A stretch of DNA of 64,000 bases from Chlamydiales bacterium (GCA_020831465.1 JAFIGI010000025.1:45-64044), one strand, 5' to 3'; counted from the stretch's first letter, positions 9,604-19,227 are shown. Notes: a model not told the origin generated them from the letters alone. Made by a program: numbers and translations.

Positions 9604-10305
9604 TTACTGCCTTTCTTCTATTTGCAGCAGTGCATCCTGCGCAGCATGCGTCTGCGCCTCTTTTTTGGATGAGCCCCTCCCTTCGCCCCTTTTTTCCGAC
9701 CGGATCCAAACGACAACCCGAAAGAGCCTTTGATGAGCAGGTCCCGATTCTTCCACTACCTCGTAACGAGGTGTTTCCTGAAAATTTTTCTGCGTCCAAT
9801 CTTGGAGTTCTGCTTTCCAATTCCTTTGAGGGGAGGCAATCAGCCGATCGACATCCTCTTTAAAATGAGAAAAGAAAAAAGCGCGTGCGGCTTCAAGCCC
9901 CTGGTCGAGGTATAGCGCTCCGATGATCGCCTCAAATAGGTCGGCCAAAATCGAATCACGCCCTTTTCCAATGTTCATCTGCTCTCCTTTTCCCAGAAGC
10001 AAGTATTCGCTGATGCCGAGGTGCATAATGTATTGGGCGCACGCAGGAGCGTCTACAAGCTGCGAGCGGAGCTTCGAAAGAACCCCCTCATCGAGCTCGG
10101 GATGCTTCAGAAAGAGATAGTCCGCTATCAAAAGGCCTAATACAGAGTCTCCTAAAAACTCCAGCCGTTCGTTATGGCCGGAAACGAGATTTTGATTTTC
10201 ATTCCAAAAGGAGCGGTGAACAAAAGCCGACAGAAGCAAAGTAGGGTTTTGAAAGGCGATAGCGAGTTTCTTCTCAATCTCCTCAGCCCGAAAAAATTTT
10301 TGCAT
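9604..10305 (-). CDS. rnc: Ribonuclease III
   Basis: HNERLEFLGDSVL, ADLFEAIIGALYLD, C-terminal dsRBD. Confidence 0.97.
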   Translation of the reverse strand: MQKFFRAEEIEKKLAIAFQNPTLLLSAFVHRSFWNENQNLVSGHNERLEFLGDSVLGLLIADYLFLKHPELDEGVLSKLRSQLVDAPACAQYIMHLGISEYLLLGKGEQMNIGKGRDSILADLFEAIIGALYLDQGLEAARAFFFSHFKEDVDRLIASPQRNWKAELQDWTQKNFQETPRYEVVEESGPAHQRLFRVVVWIRSEKRGEGRGSSKKEAQTHAAQDALLQIEERQ

Positions 10306-10429
10306 TTGGTTCGCAAGAAACGTTAAGAGTACCCAAGAATAGGAATAGGTAGATTTTTAGGCCACACTTATGAGTCAGTCGAAGCATACCTATAGACTAA
10401 AGAGTGTGCCTTAGAGTAAACTCGACAGC

Positions 10430-10873
10430 ATGAAACCTGCGGCGCTTGCTCCCGAGCATAAAAAATTTTTTCAAATCAATGGCTACATTTCGTTTGAAGG
10501 TCTTATTCCTTCGAGAGAAATGGAAGCGGTTTGGAAAGAGATGCTTGAAAGGCACAAGCAGCTTCCCGAACCCGCTCATGAGAACATTTCCCGCAGTGTT
10601 CCATCCGTTTTAAAGCTCGCGCGCAAATTGGGGGGGGTTGCAGCAGGGTTGCTCGACCGCAAACCGGTCCGTTTCGCCTACGACAGCTTCGTCGAAACCC
10701 TCGATCAAGTGCGGAAGATCGAAGAACGGGAGATCGGACTCCTTTTATCAGATTCAGGGAAGGGGTTTTTCTTCAACGACCGCTCCCACCTTTACAATCT
10801 CCCCCAAGAGTGTTATCTTCTGATCGTTTTTACCGCCAATTACGTGAACAACCCCATTGTTTTCAATGATTGA
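10430..10873 (+). CDS. Chlamydial CT296/DcrA-like protein
   Basis: HKKFFQINGYISFEGL start resembles the PhyH-like N-terminus; divergent from rnc as in chlamydial synteny. Confidence 0.6.
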   Translation: MKPAALAPEHKKFFQINGYISFEGLIPSREMEAVWKEMLERHKQLPEPAHENISRSVPSVLKLARKLGGVAAGLLDRKPVRFAYDSFVETLDQVRKIEEREIGLLLSDSGKGFFFNDRSHLYNLPQECYLLIVFTANYVNNPIVFND

Positions 10874-10976
10874 TCGAGAAGCTGTCGCCATATTTATCAT
10901 CTGCATCATCGTTCTCGCCCTTTTTGTCGTCGCGGGAATCCGGGATATCATGAAAAGGAAAGATGAAGAAGAATGA
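10866..10976 (+). CDS. 36-aa single-TM small protein (below the ORF-track cutoff)
   Basis: MIDREAVAIFIICIIVLALFVVAGIRDIMKRKDEEE; overlaps the upstream stop and the downstream start. Confidence 0.6.
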   Translation: MIDREAVAIFIICIIVLALFVVAGIRDIMKRKDEEE

Positions 10977-11400
10977 CCGTTGGTATGCAAAGGGTTTGAG
11001 ATTTTCTTGTACCGAGTGCGGGAAATGCTGCACCGGCAGCCCCGGCTATGTATGGGTCAATAGGAGCGAAATGGAAGAAATGGCCCGTTTTCTCGATATC
11101 CCTCTGAATACCTTCAAGAAGCTATATACCCGACGCGTCGGAAATCGCTACTCGCTTCTCGAATCAAAAGAGACCTACGACTGCATCTTTTTAAAAGATA
11201 AGAAATGCCGTCTCTACGGAGCCCGCCCGACCCAATGCAAGACCTTCCCTTGGTGGCCGCAAAATCTCAACTCCCAAGAGGCTTGGGAGGCAACGGCCCA
11301 AACGTGTGAAGGAATTGATGATAAGGCAAATCTCGTTGATTACGAAACGATTGAACAGCAGAAGCTGATCCAAATAGGTCGAAATGAAGAGAATAGCTGA
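10963..11400 (+). CDS. YkgJ family cysteine-cluster protein
   Basis: CTECGKCC, DCIFL, CRLYGARPTQCKTFPWW, CEG. Confidence 0.9.
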   Translation: MKKNDRWYAKGLRFSCTECGKCCTGSPGYVWVNRSEMEEMARFLDIPLNTFKKLYTRRVGNRYSLLESKETYDCIFLKDKKCRLYGARPTQCKTFPWWPQNLNSQEAWEATAQTCEGIDDKANLVDYETIEQQKLIQIGRNEENS

Positions 11401-12118
11401 AAAAACAGTTGCGGTCGGCGCCGGCAAAGGAGGGGTGGGTAAATCAACCGTCACAGTTAATCTCGCCTGCGCTCTGGCTCAAAGGGGTTTGCGTGTAGGC
11501 CTACTGGACGCAGATCTCTACGGCCCTTCGATCCCCATCATGCTGGGCCTTCGTCAGCTTTCTCCGCGTACTCAGGAAGAAGGAAAGGCTATCCCTTTCG
11601 CCAAATTCGGCGTGCACACCATCTCTCTCGGCTTTTTCATCGACGAGAGCCGCTCTATATTGTGGCGCGGCCCGATGCTTCACGAAATGCTCCAAAAAAT
11701 GATTAACGGTGTTGCTTGGCCCGAGCTCGATCTTCTACTGATCGATCTCCCGCCGGGCACAGGGGATGTCCCGCTCTCGCTCAAGCAACTCTTGAATTTG
11801 ACCGGCGCGCTAGTCGTTACAACCCCTCAACCCGTTGCCCTTCAAGATGTGATTAAATCTATTAATGCTTTTGACCAGCTTCAGATTCCCCTTCTTGGGG
11901 TAATAGAAAATTTTTCAGGCTACACCACCCCTGACGGAAAACGCTATACCCCCTTTGGAGAAGGGCTTGGAGAAAGGCTAGCTGAAAACCTGGCCGTTCC
12001 TTGCTTGGGCAAAGTCACCCTTCAAGAGGAAATTCGAGAAGGAGGGGATAATGGCATTCCTCAACCCCAATCTTTCATTCCTCTTGCCGACGCGCTAATT
12101 CACGTTTTATACCAATAA
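11384..12118 (+). CDS. mrp: Mrp/NBP35 (ApbC) family ATPase
   Basis: GKGGVGKST, DADLYGPS, WRGPM, DLPPGTGD. Confidence 0.92.
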   Translation: MKRIAEKTVAVGAGKGGVGKSTVTVNLACALAQRGLRVGLLDADLYGPSIPIMLGLRQLSPRTQEEGKAIPFAKFGVHTISLGFFIDESRSILWRGPMLHEMLQKMINGVAWPELDLLLIDLPPGTGDVPLSLKQLLNLTGALVVTTPQPVALQDVIKSINAFDQLQIPLLGVIENFSGYTTPDGKRYTPFGEGLGERLAENLAVPCLGKVTLQEEIREGGDNGIPQPQSFIPLADALIHVLYQ

Positions 12119-12145
12119 TCGAAAATAAATAGATAAATTCAGGTC

Positions 12146-12239
12146 AGCATAACCGGTCATCTTTAAAAGATCGTTTCCTACTTATGTTTAAAGATATGAG
12201 TCGCAAAACGCTCTTGTAAATCTAACCGATTCTGCTATA
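12146..12239. repeat. Degenerate family-1 palindromic element
   Basis: Right end AACCGATTCTGCTATA (12224-12239); possible eroded left end AGCATAACCGGTCA (12146-12159). Confidence 0.5.
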
Positions 12240-12346
12240 TTTTCGATTATTTTTATTACGCTCTCGAAATAGTTAAATTCATTTTTAAAAAATATTATAC
12301 AATAGTTTAATATATAAATTAAGATAATTGAATTTAATTGGCGGTC

Positions 12347-13669
12347 ATGAGCTCTATTGAACCAAATAAATCTAACCCTGCAATAAAAAGCGAAGAGGGA
12401 AAGTCAGTCACACCCTCCCAACGGCCGCTTGACCATAAAGTTGATGAAGTTGCGAACCAAATATTTGAGAAGAAAGGGAGAGATGAAGTTGTCATTCCCC
12501 AAAAAAAAATAAAACTTACGAATCAGGGTGTGAGCGAGTCGACCCAACTTGTTGCAGATGCATTAAAGAGTCTATCTAAAGACAAAATTGAACTCTTCAA
12601 AAGCATGTTGTCACCGAAATATCGAGAAATGAAAACCGATTTTCAAGGGCGGATCGGCGAGATATTGACTCATATGAGCAAAATTAAGTCGATGTACGAA
12701 GAAGTCCTGAAAGAATCCCCAAGGACAACCATGCAGAAAGAAGTCGAAGAGATGTTGAAATCGGGAAGCATGGTTCCTGAGAAAGGGGGAAAGGGAGGAG
12801 TTTACTATCTTCAAGACAAAAATGGTAGACGTAGATTTGTGCTCAAGCCGTTGGATGAATCGAATCTTGCAGTCAATAACGGAAAAAAGAATGGATCAAT
12901 TTGTTTCGAAAGTGGTGAAGGCGCTCCCGCAAATGGTGTTCATATTTATGAATCGGTCCAAAATGCAGAACTCGCTTATAAGGTAGCTGAATTCTTAGGT
13001 TTTTCAGAAATTACACCGGAATCAGAGGTCATGATCCTGGAGGATGATCGCTTCCACGACAATCTACACCACCTTTTAGGAGAGAAAACCCCAAAAGAGA
13101 AAGTTGTCCTCGTACAACGATATGTAGAGGGGTGTTGGGATATCGGGACCCTTTTATGCGACAAAACCAAAATGCAAGAGGAAGAAATCAAAAATTTAAT
13201 GAAAAACGAAGAAGGCATCAAAAAACTTGAATCACTGAAAGAAGAGTATATGCCTAAAGATTTCGATCAAGACCTCTATGAAAAGCTTGCGATTTTTCTG
13301 ATTGTTATTGGTGAAAAGGATGGAAATGCAGGAAATTTTATTGCTAATAAAGAAGAGCCCAAAAAGGGAGAAAAAAGAACTATTGTTAAAATTGATAATT
13401 CTGCATGCTTCGCTGAAAACAATGAGGATATTGCGACTGGCCTAGAATGGTTTACTCATAATTATGAACAACAACTCTCAGAAAAAACGAAGGACCTGAT
13501 TAAAAATCTCGCTACAAAAGAGAGCGTCGAACAAATAAAAAAAATGATGGAGAGCCGCGGAAAAAGCGCCGAATCGATCAAAGCTTTTGAAAAGCGGATT
13601 GAGAATTTGGAGTTTAACTCGCTTATGTGCGACACGCCGGCAGATTTTGATTTAGTATTCACAGACTAA
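12347..13669 (+). CDS. PI3/PI4-kinase-like (type II PI4K/HipA-like fold) protein, putative effector (ATG 12347; TTG 12338 is an alternative)
   Basis: GGKGGVYY Gly loop, FVLKPLDE, EKDGNAGNF, VKIDNSACF; long polar N-terminus; low GC. Confidence 0.7.
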   Translation: MSSIEPNKSNPAIKSEEGKSVTPSQRPLDHKVDEVANQIFEKKGRDEVVIPQKKIKLTNQGVSESTQLVADALKSLSKDKIELFKSMLSPKYREMKTDFQGRIGEILTHMSKIKSMYEEVLKESPRTTMQKEVEEMLKSGSMVPEKGGKGGVYYLQDKNGRRRFVLKPLDESNLAVNNGKKNGSICFESGEGAPANGVHIYESVQNAELAYKVAEFLGFSEITPESEVMILEDDRFHDNLHHLLGEKTPKEKVVLVQRYVEGCWDIGTLLCDKTKMQEEEIKNLMKNEEGIKKLESLKEEYMPKDFDQDLYEKLAIFLIVIGEKDGNAGNFIANKEEPKKGEKRTIVKIDNSACFAENNEDIATGLEWFTHNYEQQLSEKTKDLIKNLATKESVEQIKKMMESRGKSAESIKAFEKRIENLEFNSLMCDTPADFDLVFTD

Positions 13670-13692
13670 CAACCAAACGATATGGAGTAAAA

Positions 13693-13968
13693 ATGAGTTT
13701 CGCCGTTCGCAACAGTGTTACAAACGATTTGATCTTGGAAATTCAAGATGACAAGGTCACATACCTCAATCCGCTTTTTGCCGAACCGCTAAAAAAAATT
13801 CCTGTGAATGCCTGTTTTACATCTTTTATTAAGGGAGAACGAGAAAAAATATTCGGAAATGTGACCCGTATCGACAGAGATCACCCTCTTTATCCCACAG
13901 CCCTTCGCATGTATGCGGAAGCACAAATGCTCACCCATCCTGAATCCTATGTCCAGCAGAAGTTATAA
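13693..13968 (+). CDS. Hypothetical 91-aa protein co-oriented with the kinase
   Basis: GGAG RBS; stop overlaps the pgm start (TAATG). Confidence 0.75.
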   Translation: MSFAVRNSVTNDLILEIQDDKVTYLNPLFAEPLKKIPVNACFTSFIKGEREKIFGNVTRIDRDHPLYPTALRMYAEAQMLTHPESYVQQKL

Positions 13969-15749
13969 TGGAAACCGTTATCGACAACGCAACGCAAAAA
14001 AATATTGAGAGCTGGTTAAGCGGTGATTACGATAGAGAAACGAAAGAAGAGATCCGCCGTTTGCAGCGTGAAAATCCTCAAGAGCTCATCGACGCCTTTT
14101 ATACGACCCTTTCTTTTGGAACAGGAGGCTTAAGGGGGATCGTGGGCGTCGGGACCAACCGAATGAACGCCTACAACATCAGAGCTGCTACGCAAGGACT
14201 AGCCAACTACATCAAAACGCAAACGCCTAAAGGAGAAAAACACGCCGTTGTGATCGGCTATGATTGCCGCAACCATTCTCGTGCCTTTTCCGAAGAAGCG
14301 GCGAAGGTACTTGCCGCAAATGGGATTGAAGTCTTTCTTTTCAGCGCTTTGCGGCCCGTCGCGCTTGTCTCATTTGGGGTACTCTACAAAAAAGCGACTG
14401 CCGGAATCATGGTGACAGCTTCGCACAACCCTCCGGAGTACAACGGCTATAAAGTCTATTGGGATTACGGCGGACAGGTTCTTCCTCCCCACGATAAGGG
14501 GATCATAGACGAGGTGGAGCGGATCACCTCGACTGAGATGGTCAAAAAGGCTCCCCTCCCCCATCCACTTGTCCATGAAGTGAACGACGAGATCGACCAG
14601 GCCTACTTAAGGGCGATTCATGAATGGCAGCTTCATCCAGGTGATAATCATACCCACGGAAAGGAGCTCCATGTCGTCTATACAAGCCTGCATGGAGCGG
14701 GAATTACTATGATCCCTCCTGCACTCAGCGATTGGGGATTCACTAACCTTACAATCGTCAAAGAACAAGAGGCCCCTGACGGGAATTTCCCTACCGTTAA
14801 AAGCCCCAATCCGGAAGAGCATGCCGCGCTTGAGATGGGGATTGAGGAGCTCAAAAGGGTCAAGGGCGACCTTCTTCTAGGTACCGATCCCGACACCGAC
14901 CGGCTCGGTGTTGTCGTCATGCATCAGAACAAACCCTTTTTCTTTAACGGAAACGAATTGGCTTGCATCCTTTTGGAACATATCTGCCGTGCACTGCACC
15001 AAACGCAGTCGATGCCGCCGAAACCGATGTTCATCAAAACGATCGTCACAACCGAGCTCTTTCGCAAAATCGCCGAACATTATGAAGGGAGATGCCTCGA
15101 TGTCTTGACCGGCTTCAAATACATTGGTGAGAAAATCGCACAATGGGAGGAGGAGAAAGGGAGCGGCGTTGCGCGCCATCACTATATTTTTGGCGGTGAG
15201 GAGTCTTACGGCTATCTTTTGGGCACGCATGCACGCGATAAAGATGCGATTATTTCGGCGGCATGCGTATGCGAAGCCGCGCTCCAGCTCAAACGCGAAG
15301 GAAAGACCCTCGTCGATTTTCTCTACGAGATTTACAACACCTACGGCATCTTTCGCGAGAAGCTCCTCTCTCTTACTTTCGAGGGAAAGGAGGGAGCTGA
15401 CAAGATGAAAAGCATGATGCGCCATTTGCGCGACCATCCGCCCAAAATCCTGGCCGGAACACCTGTCGCAGTGATGGAGGATTATCTCACACACACCAAG
15501 ATCCATCCCGAAACGGGAGAAAAAGAGGCGCTTCTTCTTCCTAAGTCAGACGTATTGCGCTTTTGGCTCGAAGACGGCACAAAAATTGTAGTACGCCCTT
15601 CAGGAACAGAACCCAAAATCAAACTCTACTGCGCGATTCAAGAGAGGCACCACCACGTCGACCGACACGATATGGAAAAGGCGATCGCCGCAAGCGATCG
15701 CCGCCTCGACGAACTCCTTCTGCAGGTAAAGAAGAAGCTACTGAGCTGA
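13968..15749 (+). CDS. pgm: Phosphoglucomutase/phosphomannomutase
   Basis: FGTGGLRG, TASHNP, DPDTDR, GEESYG, RPSGTEPKIK. Confidence 0.95.
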   Translation: METVIDNATQKNIESWLSGDYDRETKEEIRRLQRENPQELIDAFYTTLSFGTGGLRGIVGVGTNRMNAYNIRAATQGLANYIKTQTPKGEKHAVVIGYDCRNHSRAFSEEAAKVLAANGIEVFLFSALRPVALVSFGVLYKKATAGIMVTASHNPPEYNGYKVYWDYGGQVLPPHDKGIIDEVERITSTEMVKKAPLPHPLVHEVNDEIDQAYLRAIHEWQLHPGDNHTHGKELHVVYTSLHGAGITMIPPALSDWGFTNLTIVKEQEAPDGNFPTVKSPNPEEHAALEMGIEELKRVKGDLLLGTDPDTDRLGVVVMHQNKPFFFNGNELACILLEHICRALHQTQSMPPKPMFIKTIVTTELFRKIAEHYEGRCLDVLTGFKYIGEKIAQWEEEKGSGVARHHYIFGGEESYGYLLGTHARDKDAIISAACVCEAALQLKREGKTLVDFLYEIYNTYGIFREKLLSLTFEGKEGADKMKSMMRHLRDHPPKILAGTPVAVMEDYLTHTKIHPETGEKEALLLPKSDVLRFWLEDGTKIVVRPSGTEPKIKLYCAIQERHHHVDRHDMEKAIAASDRRLDELLLQVKKKLLS

Positions 15750-15785
15750 GAATTGCTATTCTCTCCAACCCATAATTTGGTTTAT

Positions 15786-17465
15786 TTAAGATTCATTTTG
15801 TTGGGCGATTTGTAAGTATAAGCCAGTGCTTAAAGTCGCTACTCTTAAGTTAAGATTATGTTGGGTCACCCATTCTCTCAAGCGCTTAACAGAGCGCTTT
15901 GTTGTAAAGGCAACATTAATATCTTTTCCAACCTCTAAAGGACCCTCTACTAAAACTTCTTCTCGAACGTTTGTGATAACTAGTCCCCGAGCAGCAAACC
16001 GTCCTGGAAATTTAGGGTTGGTTGAAGCCCAAACAATTGGAAAGGGGTCGTCTAAATAGCTTTTATCTTCCTTTGTTAAACTGTACGAAAGATTCTTTGC
16101 TTCAAGAATTTCCAATAAATCGATAGTTAGACTTATGGGATGGATCAAAGATCTTAGTGGATAAGTGACATCTTTTTTATCGGAAGCCTGATCTGAAGTA
16201 GGAATATAGGGAAGAAAATTCTCACCATGCCTTTCTAACCCGTAGCTTAAACAATCTTTGTGGTAGACGACCTCATATTTCCAAACTTCACTATCAGTGC
16301 GATCCGAGCTCTCTTCGTGAACTTGATAACAGTTGGTAATCATACCTATCATTTTAGTTTTTAAATTAACTACAAGAGATCCTTTTTTACAAAGAGGAGT
16401 TCCTTCATGATCCTTCTTAGCATGGACCTCAAAAAGAGGAATTCCCTCTATTTTTCTTCCGATTAAAGAGGCATATTTTTCCCATTGAGGCTCGGCATCA
16501 GAAGGAGTTTCCAATCCAGATACGCATTTTCTCATTCTTGATTTCATCTCTTCCAATCTACTAATCTGCTCAGGAGTTAAATATTCCTTCAAATAAGCAA
16601 TTCGTAGCGCTGCAATTTTTGATCGCAGTTTTGGACAATCCCTTTCATTTTTACTTAGAAAATCGATCGATAGTGCGTCTAACTCCTGATCAAAGTCAAT
16701 AGAAAATCCACTCTTCAAATCCAAATTTGCGTACTTATACGCAATATAGAAATGTTCTGGGCGGACTCCTGAGAGCATTTTACTATTGTCTCCTCCAGGA
16801 ATCCAGATTCCACTATTCAACTCCCCAGAAAAGAGAGGAACATCATAAGTTAACAATTGGGCTGACCCCATAAAAAAAGTACAACCATCATAAAAAATTT
16901 TTTTTAAAATATTTAGTCCAACCAATACCCCTGAATTATTTCCAGTTACCCAGTAGATTTTCTTAATTAGACCTGCACGCTTTGAATAGAGACTCAGGTT
17001 CGATGAAATTTTTTCTAATTTTTTCGCATAAAAACCGGTTTGATTACAAATTTCTGAGAAAACATCTTTTTCGGTACGCTTTGAAGGTGTCAATTTTTTT
17101 GGAAAATCTTCTTCTTTTTTAAGCTTAGATCTTGAACTTCTCCCTATGTCATCTGGAAATGGAGCTGGTCTATAAGGCGGTATATCAAGAGGAGATAAAT
17201 CTTGAGAAACTTTGCCAAATGAGCAGCGCAAAATTACATAAGCCGGAAATCCCGAAATAAGAGCGATCCCTCCCCCTACAGCTCCCCACATCAGAACGCC
17301 ATGAGTCAGGAAATAAGCAGCTAAAGCAGCTCCTATTCCCACAATAATCGCTATAGCAAGAGATGTTGCTAAGTGCGTAAATGCTGAAGAAAAGCGCTTT
17401 TGATTTGCCCCATCCAAAGGTTGAGATGAACAGCCCGGAAAAAGTAACCCAATAGTATCTGACAT
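15786..17465 (-). CDS. 559-aa hypothetical protein with N-terminal Inc-like bilobed TM region and large soluble domain
   Basis: Two hydrophobic helices at about aa 28-80; low GC; long uninterrupted ORF. Confidence 0.8.
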   Translation of the reverse strand: MSDTIGLLFPGCSSQPLDGANQKRFSSAFTHLATSLAIAIIVGIGAALAAYFLTHGVLMWGAVGGGIALISGFPAYVILRCSFGKVSQDLSPLDIPPYRPAPFPDDIGRSSRSKLKKEEDFPKKLTPSKRTEKDVFSEICNQTGFYAKKLEKISSNLSLYSKRAGLIKKIYWVTGNNSGVLVGLNILKKIFYDGCTFFMGSAQLLTYDVPLFSGELNSGIWIPGGDNSKMLSGVRPEHFYIAYKYANLDLKSGFSIDFDQELDALSIDFLSKNERDCPKLRSKIAALRIAYLKEYLTPEQISRLEEMKSRMRKCVSGLETPSDAEPQWEKYASLIGRKIEGIPLFEVHAKKDHEGTPLCKKGSLVVNLKTKMIGMITNCYQVHEESSDRTDSEVWKYEVVYHKDCLSYGLERHGENFLPYIPTSDQASDKKDVTYPLRSLIHPISLTIDLLEILEAKNLSYSLTKEDKSYLDDPFPIVWASTNPKFPGRFAARGLVITNVREEVLVEGPLEVGKDINVAFTTKRSVKRLREWVTQHNLNLRVATLSTGLYLQIAQQNES

Positions 17466-17479
17466 GAAAATCTTCCTAT

Positions 17480-17511
17480 ATTTTAATTACATTTTATTGA
17501 AAAAATATTAA
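17480..17511 (-). promoter_or_regulatory. TTAA-N7-TCAA box plus TAAAAT at 11 nt
   Basis: Minus strand TTAA-TATTTTT-TCAA-taaaatgtaat-TAAAAT, upstream of ATG 17465. Confidence 0.55.
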
Positions 17512-17704
17512 CATACGATAAATTTACACGTTTTTTATCGAAAAAAAGAATAGTCTGACACCTTCACATTATATGGGGCTCTGTTTCGCAATTCCTAGGA
17601 TAGCGAGCCCCTGCGCAGCTTCGGCAAGCATTTCCGCCACATCTATAGCCAAGGTGTCAGCCGAGCACTAAAGGCGGGGCTACTTTCTCGGATTCATACA
17701 TCTT

Positions 17705-18046
17705 ATTTGAAAGAGAACAACGCCATCAATGACCAAAGTCCCTGAATATAGCAGAATCAGTTGAAAAATTTACATTTTGACCTGCGTGAAAGCCCCGTGA
17801 TTGACCGATCATAAGTGAACCCATATTTCTAATATTGGTTCACTTATGATCGATCAAGCCCGGGAGCTTTGACGCGGTGAAAATGTAAATTTTTCAACTG
17901 ATTCTGCTATAAAAACCAATGCCTATAATCAACGCCCCTGCCACTACTGAAGTTGCAGCAATAACGGCTTGAGCTTTTCTTGAACAATTTCTAGAAATCA
18001 CTTCTGATTGTGTTATGGACAAAGTGGCTAAGGAAATATTAGTCAT
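17705..18046 (-). pseudogene. Small Inc-like gene interrupted by a family-1 palindromic element (3' end uncertain)
   Basis: ATG 18046 MTNISLATLSITQSEVISRNCSRKAQAVIAATSVVAGALIIGIGF runs into the element and stops (YSRIS*); hydrophobic sequence resumes past the element. Confidence 0.55.
17747..17911. mobile_element. 165-bp full-length palindromic MITE-like element, family 1
   Basis: Perfect 32-bp terminal inverted repeat TATAGCAGAATCAGTTGAAAAATTTACATTTT; pairing continues with few mismatches to a 3-nt loop. Confidence 0.85.
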
Positions 18047-18114
18047 ACTTTTTCTTTATCCCTAAGAAGTTAATAAACTTGAGATAAATTACATGATGGT
18101 TTCATTTATTTACA

Positions 18115-19227
18115 TTAATTTGGAGATTTAAGCCATTCAGGATTCCGTTTAAGCATTCTAAACAGCTTCTCCACTTTGTTCATGTCGCGCTTGGTAACCA
18201 GGGTGACGCAGACCCCTTCCCGGCCGGAACGGCCCGTCCGCCCGGAGCGGTGGGTGTAGGTCTCTTGGTCAAGGGGAAAATGAAAATTGACCACATGGGT
18301 GACGTTAGAGAAATCGAGGCCGCGCGCCGCAATGTCGGTCGCCACTAAAAATCGGATTTTCCCTCTTTGGAACTTGTTAGTAATGATTGAGCGGATGCTT
18401 TGATCTAATCCACCATGAAGAAAATCGACCGAGGCGAGCTTCGATTTCAGGTCGCGGTAGAGAGCCTCCACTTCACGGCGCGAATTAGCGAAAATTAAGC
18501 ATTGGGTTGGATTGAGCATCTTGAGAAGCGAGACGAGCTCCTCCCGCTTTTTTCCGGGATGGGAACAGTAGGTCAACTGGTGCTTCAGCTTAGCCGGAGT
18601 CGGCTTTTTTGAGATTAAGGTGAGCTCTTTGGGGTCGACCATGTGGTTTTTTGCAATCTCCCGAATCTGCTTGGGCATCGTTGCCGAAAAGAGTAGGGTT
18701 TGATGGTTCTGGATGAGGCAGTTGATAATAAATTCGAGATCTTCATAAAAGCCCATTCCAAGCATCTGATCGGCCTCGTCAAGGACAAGGGTTTCAACTT
18801 TTGAAAGGTCGATCGCCCGTGAAAAGACGAAGTCGATCAAACGGCCGGGAGTGGCGATCAAAACCTGGACGCCTCCTTTCAGCTTGGCGCGTTGCAAGTC
18901 CATGTCCTCGCCGCCAAAGAGGGCAAAGGCTTTTACTTTCTTGAACCTGCCGATTTTTTGGGTTTCGGTCGCGTATTGCAAGGCCAGCTCTCGAGTGGGA
19001 ACAACAATAAGTGCCTGGATATGCTTTTGATTTGGATCGACTTTATTGCAGACGGGAATCGCGCAGGCAGCCGTCTTTCCCGACCCGGTCTCCGCAAGAG
19101 CGATCAAATCCCGCCCCTCGATCACAAAAGGGATGGCATGCTCCTGAATGGGGGTGGCGTTTTCGTAGCCAAGCTCTCGCAGAGCATCTAGGATCAAGGG
19201 GTCTAGATCAAAGGTTTGAAAGGTCAT
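18115..19227 (-). CDS. DEAD-box RNA helicase (start probably MTFQTF at 19227)
   Basis: AETGSGKT, PTRELA, DEAD, FSAT, HRSGRTGR. Confidence 0.95.
   Translation of the reverse strand: MTFQTFDLDPLILDALRELGYENATPIQEHAIPFVIEGRDLIALAETGSGKTAACAIPVCNKVDPNQKHIQALIVVPTRELALQYATETQKIGRFKKVKAFALFGGEDMDLQRAKLKGGVQVLIATPGRLIDFVFSRAIDLSKVETLVLDEADQMLGMGFYEDLEFIINCLIQNHQTLLFSATMPKQIREIAKNHMVDPKELTLISKKPTPAKLKHQLTYCSHPGKKREELVSLLKMLNPTQCLIFANSRREVEALYRDLKSKLASVDFLHGGLDQSIRSIITNKFQRGKIRFLVATDIAARGLDFSNVTHVVNFHFPLDQETYTHRSGRTGRSGREGVCVTLVTKRDMNKVEKLFRMLKRNPEWLKSPN

Noticed and set aside
18047-18114. Regulon box upstream of the 18046 pseudogene (and of the SGNH gene)
   Set aside because: Only matches with two or more mismatches were found; these accessory genes do not clearly carry the motif.
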